A stretch of 64,000 nucleotides of DNA from assembly GCA_030390025.1 (NCBI GenBank), contig JASTWF010000351.1, positions 310,001 through 374,000 on the forward strand, written 5' to 3'. This document shows, piece after piece, positions 59,591-64,000 of this stretch (positions within the stretch are counted from its first letter, which is position 1; each line of letters starts with the position of its first letter). Below the pieces are notes generated by a model. That model saw nothing but the letters and a program-made list of their open reading frames with translations. It had not been told where the DNA came from and made no database searches. The stretch comes from Squalus acanthias (lineage: Eukaryota). Made by a program: the position numbers and the translations under genes.

Positions 59591-62500
59591 GAGTCATAGA
59601 GTTATCGATTTATACAGGACAGAAAGAGGCCCTTCGGCCCATCGTATCCGCGCCGGCCATAAAGCCCTATCTATTTTAATCCCATTTTCCAGCACTTGGT
59701 CCGTAGCATTGTATGCTATGGCGTTTCAATTGCTCATCTAAATGCTTCTTGAATGTTGTGAGGGTTCCTGCCTCTACCATCCTTTCAGGCACTGAGTTCC
59801 AGATTCCAACCACCCTCTGGGTGAAAAAGGTTTTCCTCAAATCCGCTCTAAACCTCCGCCCCTTACCTTGAAACTATGCCCCCTGGTTATTGACCCATCT
59901 ACTAAGGGGAAATGTTCCTTTCTATCTACCCTATCTATGCCCCTCATACTTTTGTACACTTCAATCAGGTCCCTGCTCAGCCTTCTCTGCTCTAAGGAAA
60001 ACAACCCCAGCCTGTCCAGTCTCTCTTCATAGCTGAAGCACTCCAGCCCAGATAACATTCTGGTGAATCTCCTCTGCACCTCTTCCAATGCAATCACATC
60101 CTTCCGATAGTGTGGCCACCAGAACTGCACACAGTATTCCAGCTGTGGCCTAACTAGCGTTTTGTACAGCTCCATCATAACCTCCCTGCTCTTATATTCT
60201 ATGCTTCGGCTAATGAAGGCAAGTATCATATATAGAAACATAGAAACTAGGAGCAGGAGTAGGCCATTCGGCCCGTCGAGCCTGCGCCACCATTCAATAC
60301 GATCATGGCTGATCATCCAAATCCAGTACCCTGTCCCTGCCTCCTCACACAGAATCCCCATCGAGCCTGCACCGACACATATCCCACCCTATCCCCGTAA
60401 CCCCACGTATTTAATTCCCCCTAACATATCCCATCCTATCCCTGTAACCCCACATATTTAATCCCCCCCTAACACTAAGGGTCAATTTATCATAGCCAAA
60501 TCACCTAACCTGCACATTTTTGGACTGTGGGAGGAAACCGGAGCACCCGGAGGAAACCCACGCAGACACGGGGAGAATGTGCAAACTCCACACAGACAGT
60601 CACCCGAGGCCAGATTCGAACCCGGGTCTCTGGCGCTGTGAGGCACCAGTGCTAACCACTATGCCACCGTGTTGCCCACCATATATGCCTTTTTAACCAC
60701 CTTATCTACGTATCCTGCTGCCTTCAGGGATCTATGTACATGCACACCAAGGTCCCTCTGATCCTCTGTCCTTCCTAGGATCCTACCATTCATTGTATAT
60801 TCCCATGCCTTGTTAGTCCTCCCAAAATGCATCACATCACACTTTTCAGGGTTAAATTCCATTTGCCACTGTTCTACCCATCTGACCAACGCATCTATGT
60901 CGTCCTGTACCCTAAGGCTTCCCTCCTCGCTATTTACCACTCCACCAATTTTCGTGTCATCTGCGAACTTACTGATCATACCTCCTACATTCATATCTAA
61001 ATCATTAATGTACACTACAAACAGCAAAGGACCCAGCACCGATCCTTGCGCTACACTACTGGACACAGGCTTACAGTCACAAAAATAACCTTCGAAAATC
61101 ACCCTCTGCCTCCTGCCACTAAGCCAATTTTGGATCCAATGTGCCAAATTGCCCTGGATCCCATGGGCTCTTACCTTCTTGACCAGTCTCCCATGCGGGA
61201 CTTTGTCAAAAGCCTTACTGAAGTCCATGTAGACTACATCAACTGCACTACCCTCATCCACACACCTAGTCACCCCCTCGAAAAATTCAATCAAATTGGT
61301 TAGACATGATCTCTCCCTGACAAAGCCATGCTGACTATCCTTGATTAATCCTTGCCTCGCCAAGTGGAGACTAATTCTGTCCCTCAGAATTTTTTCCAAT
61401 AATTGCCCTACCACTGATGTTACGCTCACTGGCCTGTAATTCCCTGGTTTATCCCGACTACCCTTCTTGAGTAATGGTACTACGTTAGCTGTTCTCCAGT
61501 CCTCTGGCACCTCCCCTGTGGCCAGATAGGTTCTGAAGATTTGTGTCAGAGCCCCTGCAATCTCCTCCCTTGACTCACACAGCAGCCTGGGATACATCTC
61601 GTCTGGGCCTGGGGATTTATCCACTTTTAAGCCCGCTAAAACCGCTAGTACCTCCTTCCTCTCAATACAAATTTGTTCAAGTATATCACAATCCTAATTT
61701 CTTTTTTAAGTACCCCCCTGCACTTTCTATACTCCTCCTCTAGGGCTTCCACTGTTTTAAGTCCTTTGTATCTGCCAAAAGCCTCCCTTTTTTTCGTAAT
61801 CCATTCTTGTATATCCCTTGACGTCCAGGGTTCCCTGGACTTGTTAGTCCCACCCTTGACCTTTACGGGAACATGTTGCTGCTGTACTCTCTCTATTTCC
61901 TTTCTGAAAGACTCCCACTGCTCTGATGTGGATTTTCCTACAAGTAACTTATCCCAGTCCACTTTGGCCAGATCCTGCCTTATCATATTAAAATCGGCCT
62001 TCCCCCAATTTAGAACCTTTATTTCCGGTCCATCTTTGTCCTTTTCCATGACTACCTTAAATCTCACCGAGTTATGGTCACTGTCACCAAAATGCTCTCC
62101 TACTGACACTTCTACCACTTGCCCGGCAACATTCCCTAGAATTAGGTCCAGTACTGCCCCCTCTCTTGTAGGACTTTCTACATGCTGGCTCAAAAAGCTC
62201 TCCTGGGTGCACTTTAAGAATTCCTCACGCTCTAAGCCTTTCACACTCTGACTCTCCCAGTTAATATTGGGGAATTTGAAACCCCCTACTATTATTACCC
62301 TATTATTTCTACACTTCTCTGAGATTTGCCTATATATCTGTTCCTCTATCTCCCCCGAATCTTTCGGGGCCTATAATACACTCCCAGCAAAGTGCTTGCC
62401 CCCTTTTCGTTTTTAAGTTCTACCCATAAGGCCTCATTAGAGGAACTTGCTAAAATATCATCCCTCCTTACAGCAGTAATTGACTCCTTGATTAATATTG

Positions 62501-64000
62501 TGACAACCCCTCCTCTTTTACACACCCCTCTGTCTCGCCTGAAGATTCGATACCCCGGAATATTGAGCTGCCAGTCCTGCCCCTCCCTCAACCATGTCTC
62601 TGTGATAGCAACAATATCATACTCCCATGTGTTCATCAACACCTTCAATTCATCTGCCTCACTCGCAAGACTCCTTGCATTAAAATAAATGCCACCCAGC
62701 CTTGCCATAATCACTTGTGCCATTACATTTTTGCTCTGCCTTCCAGGCTGACTTGTTTTTTCCTCTATATTTGGCTGTGCATCACTCCCTACTATAGCTC
62801 CAATCCGTATCCCTTCCCCCTGCTAAGTTAGTTTAACCCCCCCGCTAACAGTACTAGCAAATCTCCCTGCAAGGATGTTGGTCCCGTTCCGGTTCAGGGG
62901 CATCCCGTCCGACTTGTACAGGTCCCACCTTCCCCAGAAGCAGACCCAGTGATCCAGGAAACTAAAGCCCTCCCTCCTGCACCAACGCTTTAGCCACGCA
63001 TTCACCTGCTCTATCCTCCTATTGCTATACTCACTAGCACGTGGCACCAGGAGTAATCCAGAGATTATAACCTTTGAGGTCCTGCTTTTTAATCTGCTAC
63101 CTAGCTCCCTAAATTCTTGTTGCAGGTCCTCATCACTCTTTCTACCCATGTCGTTGGTACCAATGTGAACCACGACCTCTGACCGTTCGCCCTCCCCCTT
63201 CAGAAAGCCCTGCAGCCGTTCAGTGACATCCTTGACCCTGGCACCAGGGAGGCAACATACCATTCTGGAGTCACGTCTGCGGCCACAGAAACGTCTCTCT
63301 GTTCCCCTTACGATAGAATCCCCTATCACTATTGCTCTCCCACTCTTTTTCCTCCCCTCCTGTGCCGCTGAGCCACTCGTAGTGCCACGGACTTGGCTCT
63401 TGCTGCATTCCCCTGAGAAACCATCTCCCCCACCAGTATCCAAAACGGAAAATCTGTTGGAGAGGGAGATGGACCCAGGGGACTCCTGCACTACCTACCT
63501 AGTTATTTTACTCTGTCTGGCGGTCACCCATTTCCTGTCTGCCTGTGCACTCTTTACCTGTGTTGTGACCACCTCGTTAAACGTGCTATCCACGAAGATC
63601 TCAGCTTTACGGATGCTCCACAGTGACTCCAGCCGCAGCTCCAGCTCTGAAACGCGGATTTCGAGTAGCTGCAGCTGGAGACACTTCCTGCGCATGTGTC
63701 CACCCTGGACACCGAAAGTGTCCCTGACTTCCCACATTGCACAGGAGGAGCACTCCACGGTGCCGAGCTGCCCTGCCATGTCCCACCCTTAATTGACTCT
63801 CTTTACTTACTTTAAATTAAAGAATATTAAATACACTAGGGACCTTACTTCACTTTAAACACTACTTACTCTAAACTAGAGACCTTACTTTTACTTCAAC
63901 GATAATACTGTAGAAATACTCACCAGGTACTACTTACCAATCAGCTCCTTCCCTGGTAGTGACGTCACTTTATCGCTTTCACAGTTGTTGTTGTTTGACT
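59590..64000 (-). mobile_element. Near full-length CR1 LINE (5' end at or beyond the window edge)
   Basis: ORF1 at 62823-63779 (zinc finger and esterase, one stop), EN at 61645-62723, RT at 60680-61624 and 59837-60230. Confidence 0.9.
60234..60677 (-). mobile_element. Full-length HE1-like V-SINE (tRNA head, V-domain, CR1 tail) inserted in a CR1
   Basis: Head GGGCAACACGGTGGCATAGTGGTTAGCAC...GGTTCGAATC, V-domain, and a tail like the CR1 3' end. CATATAT is duplicated at 60227-60233 and 60680-60686. Confidence 0.9.

Noticed and set aside
60600..60677. tRNA gene (also at about 38015-38086)
   Set aside because: It is the tRNA-derived head of a V-SINE, continuous with the V-domain and LINE tail.

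Overview
Eukaryotic (vertebrate) DNA, most likely a shark or ray. This host call is an inference from an HE1-like tRNA-derived V-SINE with CR1-type tails. The backbone is a decaying, segmentally duplicated replication-dependent histone cluster: H1(+), H3(+), H2A(-), H2B(-) at 50.9-56.1 kb, plus broken H2A/H2B relics at 6.4, 12.8, 29.1 and 42 kb. No H4 was seen. TG-rich 41/46-bp minisatellites separate the units. The region is heavily invaded by CR1 LINEs, V-SINEs and Penelope-like elements (PLEs) that carry minimal hammerhead ribozymes, often as fold-back palindromes with TSDs. The standout feature is at 13.6-28.5 kb: a head-to-tail array of three Tx1-clade non-LTR retrotransposons (one 5'-truncated, two about 7.15 kb with open ~1300-aa ORF2s). 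All three are inserted at the same nucleotide of the PLE hammerhead-bearing terminal repeat, each bounded by the same 15-bp TSD (TATAACCTGGTGTTG). The two full-length copies carry a captured piece of that target at their own 5' end, which rebuilds the insertion site. This looks like a sequence-specific retrotransposon that parasitises another retroelement and seeds its own tandem arrays. All assignments come from reading the sequence by eye; no database search was run.
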